In this document: in pieces, positions 25,637 through 37,899 of the stretch | Numbering within the stretch: position 1 is the stretch's first letter | Layout: every line of letters starts with the position of its first letter | DNA from: Chlorokybus atmophyticus | Lineage: Eukaryota; Plantae; Mesostigma and Chlorokybus algae | NCBI GenBank assembly: GCA_009103225.1 | Contig: RHPI01002112.1 | Location: forward strand, 156,150 to 220,149 | DNA: 64,000 nt | Reading direction: 5' to 3' | Program-made: the position numbers and the translations under genes | Notes under the pieces: generated by a model | Seen by the model: the letters and a program-made list of their open reading frames with translations, nothing else | Told to the model about the DNA's origin: nothing | The model's database searches: none

Positions 25637-28162
25637 ATGGCGCAGGAGTTCGTGGAGGAGGAAGCGGCGGTGGCCTCAAAGGAGGGCAAGAACGAGGCCA
25701 ATGGTGACGCCAGTAGCCATGCAGAGAAAGCCGCCGCGCCGCCTTCTCCCGTCGAGCTGGCCAAGGAGCAGTACGACCAGGGGGTGAAGTGCCTCAGGAA
25801 GGGAGAGAATGAGCAGGCCATTGACCTTCTTGGCAAAGCGCTTGAGATCTTGTAAGTCCGCTTTGTATCTGCGAAGCATGCCATCTTCCGATTTAATATT
25901 GTAGCAACAAAGTGTGCTTGATGTGTACGCAATGCTGCCGCCTGTGCGCAATGCTGCCGCCTGGTCCGTCCCACAAGCAGCCATGACGTTCTCACGCAAT
26001 GTGTGCCTCTTTGCCAGGATTTGTTTCTACTGAAATTGAGTGTACTGCTAACTCTAATGTGAATACAACTGAGTAATCGACTTAGCGCCATGTGTACGCA
26101 ACTCAGTGCATCATGTGTGGAATAATTGTACTTGCTGCCGCCTGGTCCGTGACACATGCAGCCATGACGTTTTCACGCCATGTGTGCCGAACAAGGTGGT
26201 CTTTGCCAGGAATCTTACTGTTCAATTGCATGTACTGCTGACTCTGATGTGTACACAACTGAATAGTCGACTTAGCACCTTGTATATGCAACTCACTGTA
26301 ATATGTGTGGCAGCGTGACGCACTATGGTGAGTTAGCGGCAGAATGCGCCCCTTTCTACTATCGGTACGGAGGCGCGCTGTTCTACAAGGCTCAGGCAGA
26401 GAGCGACGTGTTTGGCGAGAAGGCGCAGGCGTTAGCCAAGCAGAAAGACGCTGAAGACGAGGAGGAGGACGTGGAAGAAGAGGCAGTAGCAGGTACTTGC
26501 ATGTTTTGAACCCTTATGTCAGTTGCTAGGGTGCTTCTTGGCGTGCACACACATTGCAATAGCGCTCCTGTTGTAAATCTTCTTGTGTACCGCTGTTGTT
26601 GTCACAAGCATCGGTTGAGTATCTATGACAGGTTGTTCCAACGTGTGTTGTACGGGTACATAGTCTCACAGTGCAGTGGCAACAGATGCAGAGCAGCCCA
26701 CAGGCAATGGGCAAGACAAGGGGAAAGGTGCTGAAGAAGAAGGAGAAGAAGACATCCTGCCACAAGAGGATGCCAGCGATGATATGGAGTTGGCATGGCA
26801 GACGTTAGAAACGGCGCGGCTAATATACTCCAAACAGCCGGCACGCAGTGTCGACGAGGCGGAGGTCATCTCTTTGTTGGGCGAAATCAGCGCCGAGCGC
26901 GGTAAGTCAAACAAATGTCTATGGCGTTGTTTTTTCCACATATCACAAAGCACACTTCATGAGACATATGCTATTTTTACAGCTTCATACCGAATGTAGC
27001 ATTGTTACGTTGTTGCAGAGGATTTTGAGACTGCGCTTGCGGACTACAAGCATGCACAGACGCTGTACGCGCAGCTATTACAGAATGACGATCGGCGGCT
27101 AGCAGAGATGTACGCGTGTATTGTGGTTATTGCTTCCGGGCTACGCAGCTTGGTGGCGTGCTTCCCGCAACCACTTGTGCAATGTGATGCGATCAACCCC
27201 ACCCAGCTGACATATGCATGCCCAAGGTTCAATGACACCCAACTTTTGTAACATTCACGTGGCTGCTGTTCTGCAGTTTCTTCAAGATGCTGCTGGCACA
27301 CGAACAGCGCAAGGAGTATCATCAAGCCTTGCAAATGTGTCAACATGCGAGCGCAGTCTTTCGCAGAAGGATAGACAGGTTGCGAAGCCAGCTGTTGGCT
27401 GACCAGTCTGCAACAGCGTCTTCAACCTCTCCTAGTGAGGTAAGCTCACCCCGGGCAAGCTGCGTACGCACATGTTTGTATACATGTACTTAGTGCCTTG
27501 CATTGGCAACAGGTGAATCGCGAAGAAGTTAAGAAGGAGATACAAGATCTTGAAGAGGTCTTGGAAGACATCACCCTGAAGGTATGAACAGTTTAATGCT
27601 GCCTTGCAAACAATTCGTAGGTCATGCATGTAGGGTCTATGTTCTTTGCAGATGACCAAACTTTTCCAGCACTCACAGTAGTGGTGCAGTCACCGGTTTC
27701 AGCTCCTTCTCTGACAACAATTGCTGTTGAGCTATGGCAAGGCTGTGTGCAGTTATTTCTTGCATGTGATGGGACTTTGTTGCTCGGCTTATTCCATGAC
27801 CTGCCTGCTTTCGCTTTTGTCAACAGGAGAGTGAGCTCAAGCAAATGCCTGCTATCCTCAATGCTGTTGAGAACGGCACAGAGCCCCCCAATGGTCACAA
27901 GCACGACAGTGCAGTGGTGCAAACCGGCTTTGACAAGCCTGCCAATACAACCGGCGGCACCACTACCGTGTGCGACCTCGGCGTTGTTGGGCGAGGCACC
28001 AACCGCGTCACGTTGACGCCTGTAAACCAACCCGTGGACACTGTTGAAAAGAGGCGCGGTCTGCAGGACCTGCTTGGAGGTGGTGATGGCGCCAACGTGG
28101 AAGAGGCGGACCTACCTGCAAGTGATGATGCTAAACGGGCAAAGCTTGAGCACTTAAGCTAG
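25637..28162 (+). CDS. NASP: NASP / SHNi-TPR histone H3-H4 chaperone
   Basis: YGELAAECAPFYYRYGGALFYKAQAESDVFG, acidic insert, DDMELAWQTLETARLIY, LLGEISAEREDFETALADY, DRRLAE, plant-type C-terminal DLGVVGRG motif, KRAKL NLS. Confidence 0.9.
25952..26313 (+). repeat. Diverged ~180 bp tandem direct repeat in NASP intron 1
   Basis: TGCTGCCGCCTGGTCCGT..GCAGCCATGACGTT..CTTTGCCAGGA..TGTACTGCT.ACTCT.ATGTG..ACAACTGA..TCGACTTAGC..ATGTGTGG occurs at ~25952-26120 and again at ~26133-26310. Confidence 0.85.
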
Positions 28163-28795
28163 ATACGTGGTGAAGGCGTGCTTGTCAACGCCTCTTGCGG
28201 CTCGCGACAATCTCTGGCAGTGCGCATTATAAAGTGATGGCCTATTGGCAACCACAGTGTCATCGCCTTATTGTGCACAATTGGTCACAGTTGCATAAAA
28301 TTCAAATTTCTGGGCACTGTCTATGGCCACTCATCCAGCACAAACATGTTCGCCGTTGGCACGTATATTGATGCGCCAGTTTGTGGAGGTTGCGGTAAAG
28401 TTTTAGCAGGGGTGGCTAAGGCAGAAGCCCAGCAGGTATACCGTTTCTGATGCTGCTGAAACGTACATGTGCAAACAATGCGAGACACAACTTTGTCTGT
28501 CGCAGTTGGGTGAGTTGGATAGTTCTTGCTGGTAGGGTAGTGCATCATCTCCTTACACCTCATGTACAAACAATGCGCAACAGAATGTGTTACTAAGAAT
28601 TCTAAGAGTGCCAACAACCGGGCTCGGTCGTAGTGCTACTGCTACAACTGCTGCCGCGCCTTGCTTGCACACGTTCTGTCTCATCGTGCAGTCGAGCGAT
28701 AGCTCGACATTACTTCAACCACAATGGCACAGCAATTGGAGCTCAGCATGATAATTAGAATCATACAGATACACAAAGTACCCTCGACGTTCTGT

Positions 28796-28858
28796 TACGC
28801 ACGCACGCACGCACGCGCGCGCGCGCGCGCATTTGCGTGTATATATATATATATATAT
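28796..28858. repeat. Compound microsatellite (GCAC)n-(GC)n-(TA)n
   Basis: acgcacgcacgcacgcacgcgcgcgcgcgcgcgcatttgcgtgtatatatatatatatatatg. Confidence 0.9.
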
Positions 28859-30479
28859 GCTTATGTTACATATATTTGTATACATGTAGGTTATATATGT
28901 GTATATGGCAATGTCTACGCACGCATTTTTTCCGGTGTTGGTAGTTCCACTCATTGTTGCAATTACTATAGAGACACGAACACTTCATGCACGCTTTGCA
29001 TTGAGCTGTCTAGTACTTATTCATCCCTTTGCCCAAAGCAGTAAAACCAATATGCATTGACTTTGAGGCAGTTTTGATCCTGGGCATATGATAAATAGCT
29101 CGAACTTGGCTTTGCTATCATGAGTTTCGGGACCAACATTTCGTGTCCCTACATAACTTAGCAAAAGAGTTTGGTTGGTATGCCATAAATGAATGGGTAT
29201 TACCAACGAAAAGTCGACATATTGCGCATGCACACGTGTCAAGTTGCATTATCACTCATGCATATATTTAGCTATATAGCTATACGGGCAGTCAGCAAAT
29301 GCGCATATTACATGCTTGGACAAGCATGTAAGGTTGCATGTGTCCATATTGCATATTAACAAGCATATTTGCTACTGTTTGCTTCAGCATTCTGCACGTT
29401 TAGCCCGCCTATGTTTGCCCGCCTTGTATCTTTCAACCAGCATAGGATGTGCAAGCACATTGTGCCGTCATTCACATGAGGAAGCGTTAATGTTAGCATA
29501 CCATGGTCGTGCTATATCCCATATAGATCTTATAGGTTTCCCGTGGTACCACGTTGTGCCACAAGTCAACGCTCTGATATTTAATAATAATAAGTTGTAG
29601 CTTACAACAGATTTCACAAATTGTTGATTATGTGAAACATGGTCCCAACCACGTCTTTATAACAAAATATGTATGTATTTCTTGTTGGACGTGGCCTTTT
29701 GCAATTTTTGCAACACAGGTACCTTAACTTGTTAACAATAACACTTCATGTATTGCCGTTGTATTCAATTTATATGACATAGTACCGTATAGGTTACTTG
29801 TTAACAATGACTTGTTGTTCGGTTTCAACATGTCATTGTTACCGACTGTATATTTGTTTCTAGGTTCAACATTTGATTGCATACTGTCTGTGTGGTTTGC
29901 GACAACCAGCTATTTCACAGTATTAAACACTTCTGGCAGCGGGTGAAGAATCGCATACCTTGCCGTCTGAGTTCACAACTACCAATTTGTTTGGACCTTA
30001 TCCGGCAGCGCCATTTGGGTGTGGCGCTGGTTACATGCAGCAGGTGGCGCTGCAAAAGGAACAAATTGAGTTGCGTGAGAAATTAGTCAAAGCGCAAATG
30101 GTACGACAAAAGGGTGAGCTGTATTTCGATGGCATTCTTCTTTTTGCTCCTTCTCACGTATAATATGAGAAGGAATAAATTATGCGGCGGCGGTATATGT
30201 CATAAGCGCAAGTTGTCGTATGTCGGGGATTGTAAAGGTGCAAGCACACACCGCTGCTGGGTGCAAGTTGTGGCGTGCTAAAGTGCAGTGGGTGCAGGCG
30301 CAGGCTTGATCGCAGCTGAAAGATTGAAAAAGCTCAGTGACCTTAGCTCTCAGGTGATTGCAAGGAGTGGCGCTAGTAGATTGACGGACCTTAGAAAAAA
30401 CCTCAAATTAAAGGGCTGAGGATTTGTGGGGTATGAGTGCGTGGACTTTTCTAACGGAGTTGTATTTGATTAATCATTA

Positions 30480-31720
30480 TTATTTTTATAAAAGAGCCTC
30501 CATCAACTTGTTGAGACGTCACACAGTGTTGGCCCGGTGTGTATCATGCAAGTGCGTTGTGACATACGCAACTTCACGGCACGGCACGTGTAACAACAAT
30601 GAATACAATATTGTCTATGGCACAGTCGCAGAAAGTGATTCTGAATATGGATATCATAACGTGATCACGACATGCGGATGGGTCTGTGTGCATTCATATT
30701 GGCAATCGTCATCATTGTTGAAGTGATGTGCACATGCTATCGCTCTTGCACCATAGGCTGGAGATTGACTCACTGGTGGCACAATAGAAGACATCGCCCT
30801 CGTTCAGCTCGTTCTTGCGCACAAAAGGGTTCTGACGGCCAACAAGAGTCAGCTTTAGCTTGCCCTTTTAGGCAATGCCAGTTGACATATGGTTGGTTAG
30901 AAGTGTGGCAAACGCATAGCACCCTGTGAGCATTAGCGCTTCGAGTGCACACGCCCACGCACGCGCGCGCGTAAAGAAGACAGATGCGCGTGTACACGCA
31001 ATCAACTTTCTTGACCATCATGTAGTCAACAGGCAGGTCCGCTTTGGTTGAGGGCAGATGAGTCATGATGTTGCACGCTGCTTGCCATGACTGTCCTATT
31101 CTGTTGGCTTCGTGTCACCCAATCTCGCGCACACACAGTTTAGGCCACAGTTCGCAACCCCTGACAGCTTATCTTTTGCAATCAGACCATAGTTGTACTA
31201 AATGCTGCGCTTACAGATAGGTTAACCCTTTCTCACCATCAGCATGTGGTGACTTGCATGCTTATCAAAAGTGAAGCTTCGCGCATCGATGTCCTTCATA
31301 AGCTCTTTCGCCTACGGAGCACCAGGAGGACAACTACACACATATGCTTCCACACATACACAATGCACCCATGCAGCGTGCAACTGTGCACACACGTGCA
31401 CGCAGGTATAACAACAATGTCAAACACTGAAGACAGCATCAGCTGGTCTCTGCATCCTCTACATCCACCGAGCTCATGCCGTGTATGGACGCCTGCCCGC
31501 AACATGCATGCGCACAAAAGCTCTTAACGCCGCCCCAGCATGCAAGCTACGCGGATTTGCTGCACTATGCACAAGCACACATGCATCTTGCATGCCTTAG
31601 GTGATAGGATTTGGGGCAACGGGCAATCCTCATTGGGCCACGCAAGAACTACTGTCCAACTGAACGGCAAAGCTGCGGCGAAGCTCACCCCGATGCACAA
31701 ACATGCGCTTAAGGTGCGCT
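30480..31720 (-). pseudogene. Bicupin (vicilin/germin-like) pseudogene, copy 1, 5'-truncated and strongly decayed
   Basis: Clear nucleotide and peptide paralogy to 50478-53450: AKELMKDIDARSF, KADLPVDYMMVKK, GAMRLPHF*, GKLKLTLVGRQNPFVRKNELNEGDVF, THPHVVIT. Contains stops and frameshifts. Confidence 0.75.
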
Positions 31721-32089
31721 TGCTTTCGTTGCTCCGGCAACTCGCCTTGTATGATTTAAGCTTGGGTGTGTTCTTCTCGCTCATCACTGTCGTCCTGTAA
31801 GGTACACATATTACTCACGAATACATGTTGGTTGGGGGTTTTTACAATCCGTTTACTCGCAGCTTACACTATTTCATCACACAACTACTAGCTGTACTCC
31901 CAACCTTGCAGGTGATGAGTGCACTTTGAGAGAGAGCACAAATAGTTGCTTAGGCCTACAACATGGCTGAAACATTAAAATTTCACATCACGCCAGCGTA
32001 TGTTTTCGTCAAAGGCATTGCGCCAAGCAAAGGGTATCGCTACATTATGTGGGTGCATTCGCCACTTCATCGAGCATAGTGGGTTGACA

Positions 32090-32200
32090 GTGAAAGCCAC
32101 TCAACTGCTGGAGCTGAAGGATGGCAAAGCACGCCGCGCTTTTAGCAAAGAGCGGCAGGAGGAGCAATTGCATAAAGTCCTCGCAATTGCTGATGGTGAG
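32090..32200 (+). pseudogene. Pseudouridine synthase pseudogene, exon 2 remnant (left half of the split copy)
   Basis: DGKARRAFSKERQEEQLHKVLAIADG followed by GTGAG, versus intact GGKAARRAFSKERQEERLAKILAAAG followed by GTAAG at ~55853-55932. Confidence 0.85.
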
Positions 32201-32205
32201 TTGTT

Positions 32206-32307
32206 GCAAATCTTACGGGAATCGTTAGCAGGATGTGATTGCTGAATCCGAGCGTCGCAAATCTTACGGGAATCGTTAGCAGGATGTGATTGCTGAATCC
32301 GAGCGTC
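32206..32307 (+). repeat. 51-bp tandem duplication at the left junction of the large element
   Basis: GCAAATCTTACGGGAATCGTTAGCAGGATGTGATTGCTGAATCCGAGCGTC present twice (32206-32256 and 32257-32307). Confidence 0.95.
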
Positions 32308-33297
32308 ACAAATTTAAGTGGTGACTGATTAAGGACTGAGGGATTGACGGGTGCCTGAGCCTGCCTGCCGCTGCCTGAAATGTTACTTTAGGACTGTTGG
32401 GTTTGCCGTTGGCTTAAGTGGACTGACGCGGACGGCCGCGGGCCGAAAGTGGTTGTTAGTGGCACTGACCGGTCGAGAGTTGTCAACCAGCTACCCTTTG
32501 GTCGATGTGCACAGACGGCCGTTAGCTGGTAGTCACGAACAGCTGACAGCAATAGCCGGCAGTTCCTTTGCGGTTACACTGCTGTTGATATGTGACCCTT
32601 ACCGTTTGACAAAAGTTGGCAATTCTTGCCGTAAGCCAACATTAACATGCCATGCAGCTTGTACAACCCTTGGACTGATTGTTTGGTCTTGCAACTATAA
32701 GCCCACAATATATACAATGTACCGGCATTGGTGAGAGTATGTCCACTTGCAACTGGGCAGTCAACTTGCGCATGAAACTACCTACAACATGTTGAGAGTT
32801 ATTCCTACATACGATTAGCATCGACCCTCCACACATGAGTAGAAGGTCGTAAGAACGAGCACTAGGACGACGCCATCTTGCGAAATCCGGAGTCCGGACT
32901 TAGCAAGATGGCGTCGTCGGACCAGACTCTGGACTCCAAACTGCAGCCTCACTAGCTGCTTCGTATCTCCGCGTATACTTACTCATGTTAGGCGTGTGAG
33001 AGCTTATGGAAATCTCTGATTGAAACGAAGCAACGCAGCTTGAAGCGCGTCAAAAGGCTGAGTATAGCTTACGCAGTGCTTGCAAACGTAGACGTGTGTG
33101 TAACTGGCTGGTATAAGAAACCAGCGGACAACTTGTAATGGATGAATGTTGATGTGACTTGTGTATGCTCTGGTGGCGGTAGCTCTGTCTCTGTGCATCC
33201 ATGCTTGTCTCATCTACATGTGCATGCTATTCCTTCAACACAATATTGAGTCTAGCTGTCGCACTCATGCGCAGCTTGTCAACCCGTGGTGCCTGCC

Positions 33298-34177
33298 TCA
33301 GATCTCCTCCTCGACCCCCTCCTCCTGTTCCTCCTCCGACAAGTCTTCTGCTTCAACAACAAAGTCATCTTCTGCCTCGCTCGCTGACAATACAGCGGCT
33401 ACTTCGTCCTTCAATTTGATTGTCAGCACCTCGCCGTGCACGCGCATGCGCTTGATGGTCGCTTTGAGAGTGACCACCTGCATTTGGTGATGTTGTAAGA
33501 GTGGCGTGCTGCCAGAGGACTAGCCCATCAGCATACACATGCTTACCTCGACTTCCGCTTTGTTGCACTCCGCCAGGCAGACAGTCAGCCTGTCGTGCTG
33601 CTCTTGGTTCACTATGACAAACATGGCAATCTGCAAGCATACTGCTTAATTGCCGCTGAAAACATTGAACTAGGTCATGGATTACCCGCTCGTGGCACTC
33701 CGCAGCTTCTCTTTTGCAGCTTGTGAGCTCCCGCAAGTAGAAATAGGCTGTGCATTTGCGAAATTGATCATGCTGTTCATGTGCATGACACTGGAAGCAG
33801 TGCATGAGGGTGTGCATGTGGTATTGATAGTGTATATCACGTGCAAGATACTTGAGGCTGTGCATGTGCAAGATAAAAGAACCCTAGCATGTGGCATTGA
33901 CAGTGCATTGTAACCCACCTTGGTTATGCTAGTCTTGTTTTGTCCCTTCAATTATGTCGCCGTGGTCGCAGCTGCTGGTGGGTGAGATGTCCTTAGAGGC
34001 AGTATTGTGGTGTGCCTTTGCCCACTCAGAGGGGGAGCCCTGTAAGATATCGCCCGAGTCACTGTCGTCATTTGCTGTGCCCTTAGTAGGCATGGTAGGG
34101 TTTGACACCAAGGACACCCCACCGGCACCTTGCCCGCCCTGTGCGAACATGGTCTTCATCCCGGACCTCGACCACAA
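33298..34177 (-). CDS. Orphan spliced cargo gene of the transposon (coiled-coil/acidic C-terminus), function unknown
   Basis: Exons with GT-AG borders: ..SCDHGDII / AYFYLRELTSCKREAAECHER / IAMFVIVNQEQHDRLTVCLAECNKAEVE / VVTLKATIKRMRVHGEVLTIKL..EEEQEEGVEEEI*. No family recognised. Confidence 0.5.
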
Positions 34178-34750
34178 CGCCCACTACGCCACTGGCAGCC
34201 GCTAACGACCCACCAAACGCCACATACCCTCGGCATCACCGCCTGTAAGGGCATAGCTTGGCGGAGCCATCAATGGTGTTTTCAAGCGCAGGGACTGCCA
34301 TTGCCACTGTACAAAGGTACTATTGAATTGGTATCTTTTGGCAAAGGCACTTTCGTACCATTGAAACGTTTCAAATTATTTATGCAGACTCACCCCACCC
34401 TGGGCGTGTAATGGCTCGATCGTATTATAGTAATGGTACGACGGACCCGTTACGCCAGTGAATGGCGGCCAAGTTTCCCGCCTCTGGCATGCAAGGGTAG
34501 CGGCGGCGGTGGGGGCGGCGGCGGTGGCGGTGCGTGTTGCTGGATATGATGATGCAGGTTACATTGGCTACACCTGTGTCGACGTCAGTAATGAGCTATG
34601 GGAGTCCTTTGTTCGTATTGCCACATGTGCTTCGCCACACGCAGCTCGGTCTACATGCACATTGTTAGCAGCATGGTGTGCAAGCAAATCAAGCTATATG
34701 TCGACCAGCGTCCATTACAGTAAGATGCGGGTCATGTTGAACTGGGGAGT

Positions 34751-37690
34751 TTGATCCAGGATGCGCACATGCTTGATGCTGAAGGACCCCTCCAGGAGAT
34801 TCACGCACATCAGCAACATGAGGAGGAGGAAGTGAACGAGGGCTTTCGATGTGTGCGTGTGCCTGAGAAACCTGTGGCACGCCAACATGGAAGTGGAGGC
34901 GCCCCTTCGCACGCGTCGGAATCCATGTGGTATGGCTCGGAGCATGCTCTTGCAGTGGCATTCGAGCTGTGCAACAACAGCCAAGGCCTGTCGGCCTCCG
35001 ACATGGGGCGGATCATCAAGTGCATCCAAAAAAAAAAAAACAACAATGCACACTTCCTGACGGAAGAGCTCCAGTGGGAGACCGGTGTGCATGTGGCCAG
35101 CTACCTCCGGACCACAATTGCTTTCTCTCAGTCTGAGGTGTGTTCATGGTGTGCGGTGCATGTGCTTCAACCATTACACATATGTCACATATGCACATGC
35201 GAGTGTGCTGCCGTATCAGAAGACGTAATAAATTAGGTGACGGCTAATCTGCGCAAGCCTGGAGACCCTGAGGATCAGAACATCAGCGTCACACATATGC
35301 CTGCCAAGGTTTGTAAAATGCAGTATCTGATGCAATATCTATGCAGTATGTAATCTGAGGCTAGCATGCCTATTAATGCTCTTGGTCAGAGCAGGTATAG
35401 CTTGCGCGGTTGTATGGCAATCCACATGCCGCTAATGGCTTCAATCTCCAGCACAGTGGAGACGAGCACAACTTTGGCCATCCTTCCACGGGCGATTGGT
35501 GGAAGGATGTGGAGGTGGATTTGAGGAGAGAGGTGGGGAAAGCGTCCTACTTGGCGCCTGCCATTCTGTACAATGACAAGACCACGCTGGATTGCGCGGG
35601 CAAGCGCTCTGGCTACCCTCTGATGGCATTGCTTGCCAACTACAGTTGGGACATGTATGCTAGCAACATGGGGGTTGTGATAGCGCTTCCGCCCTGGTTT
35701 ACGCAGTGGCCGGGCATCCCATTTGGGCTGAGCTCTTAATTAAAAACACATGAGATTTTTCATGACGCTTTGAGTGTTAGGGGATGTAAAGCGGGCGAGC
35801 TGGGAACGCGCTTGCCAACTACATCAGCGACTTGCAGGTAGTGGGCATGCATGGTTGTAAACGGATGCAGCCTGCCGGCAAACAGTGCATGGAGGATGTT
35901 GTCAGTGGAGCATCTGAGTTTCTCGTGTTGCAGGAGACTGCCACACTCGCACACACTATGTCGGGCAACTAAACACGAAATCCTTGCAATGTTTGTCTCG
36001 TCACCAAATCAGATCTGTTGGAGATGGATGAGGATCGGGAATTGAGAACCAAGGCTTTCTACACACCAGTAATACGTCAGCTGCGGGCGGACCTTCATAG
36101 CGGTGTTAAGAATGCACGCCAGTCAGCCAAGGCTTTCATACAGCAGCACTCCATGCATGTCGAGGAGGTACTGGTCAAGTTATCAGCATTCGCGAGGATG
36201 AATGGCTTTTCGTGTAATCAGGCAATGTGGTTTGGCAACAGAATGCACAGTGGGGTTGGCGACAATCGCGGGTGCCGGGAGCTGAGTACTACTCTCGTCT
36301 TGCCCCTGACGCAATGCATGTGCTGGGAAGCATTGACCACATGCATGCTGCTGTGTACCACGCTGCGAAAGAACGAATGAGTCCATCCACGAGACAGGAT
36401 CTGCAGGCCAGGCACGTCTTTGTTGTTGCTTTTGTGTTAAACACAATAGCCAACGACACGTGCTCACAAGCAGATGAAGATGAAGCATGCAAGGCGACTT
36501 TACGGGTTTCCCACTTTAAGGCACCCACAAGCACAGTAGAGTTTTTCCTGTCCAACCACTCCTTTCAAATGGTGGAGAAAGTGGCGGTGCTGCACACGCT
36601 GCCAGTCCTTGCAGACGGTTTGCTGCTCGACATTAAGGGCAACGATTTCTTCACCGTGACTGCCGTATCGCTTGCCCAGTGGAACAAGAAGTTGTTCAAG
36701 GCGCATGAACACACAAGAGAGACCCTGACCACAGCCGACAACGAGCTGGTTGCCTTTAAATTTGTAGTGTTGCATCCGATACTGTCGTCATATTCTGTCT
36801 CCCACAGAATTCAGGTTGGAAGATTGAGAAGATGCATCAGCTTACTCATTTTAGGCCGGCAATTCTCAGCAATGGACACTTATATTGGTTCAGCGCCAAC
36901 CGCATGGAGCAGGCGCACGCCTAAAGTATAAAAAAGTGGGCGCGTGGTGGCAACAACCGGGACTACCAGGCGCGTATTCTGAAGGCATGGAGCTATGCGG
37001 CATATGTGAGAGAGGATGGCATGGTCGTGAATCCCGAGATGCGCTCGGTCATGGCACAGGCGCGGCAGCAGTGCTGTAATGGAGAAAACGAACAAGTTGC
37101 TACAGATGGATGTGCTGACAAGGAGGGAGTTCAGCCCGTACTGCAGCGGTTCTGCGCGTAGCCGCCAAGTCGCCATGATGACTCCATTCGCTGACAAGCT
37201 GCCTGCCACCCTGGACAGCTGGTTGAGGAGGGAACATTTGGAGTTGGCCGATGAGTGGCGTGCTGTTCGCGTGGTGAACGGAGGCGCAGCGGTGTACATG
37301 ACATCCGGAGTCAACATGGCACGCGCAACTGGGATGTTCCATGGGCGGCCTGGGTTCTCAACACTTGATTTGGAAGGTGATGAGGACGGTGTGAACATGA
37401 CGTGGTGGGCTCAGGCACTCCTTTTTTTGCGCGTGGTGGTGTGGGGTGGTAGCGGCAAGCGCGTGTGGAAGGAGGTCGTGTTTGTCCGCTGGTACACGAA
37501 GCTGGATATAACGAGCGACGCAAAGTGCATTGCTCTGGAATGGGAAAAGCGTCGAGGGGGTACACATCTCGATATCGTGACTCTGGAGCAAGTAAAAGGC
37601 ATTGTCCAACTGCTCCCCATGTTTGACAAGGACAGCGCCCGTAAATCAGAGGGCAAGTATTGGGTGAGCGTTCACTGCACTACTACGTGA
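34751..37690 (+). pseudogene. Plavaka-like transposase (RNase H-fold), spliced, disrupted by stops and frameshifts
   Basis: HPSTGDWWKDVE..YLAPAILYNDKTTLDCAGKRSGYPLMALLAN matches the Plavaka GDWW..PIILxSDKT..YP.Y...GN core. Also LAPDAMHVLG (DxxH), HTRETLTTADNELVAFK, WKIEKMHQLTHF..NGHL..ANRMEQAH and a C-terminal RATGMFHGR..AQALLFL..FVRWY..IVTLEQVKGIVQLLPMF domain. In-frame TAG at 35398 and TAA at 36922. Confidence 0.78.
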
Positions 37691-37899
37691 CACATGTACT
37701 TGTCTCACTACTCTGAGTTTGGAGCATATTAGTCAGTTACGCATTGATAATCGTATGCTAAGACTTTTGCATGTGGACGTGTACAATACCGGGCAGCTGT
37801 CATTGCACAACTGTCACCACAATCGAATGTTGAATGCAACATTCAACAATCAGCCAGCTGTGTGCCAGTAAGCATCAATACAATGCACCACACTTAAGC

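Noticed and set aside
30770-31340. B3 DNA-binding domain reading of KELMKDID.. and FVRKNELNEGDVF
   Set aside because: The better-preserved paralogue continues in phase as GNVFIVPPGHPHVV and has GSMRLPHLH and LAAVFGVD, which fit a cupin, not B3.
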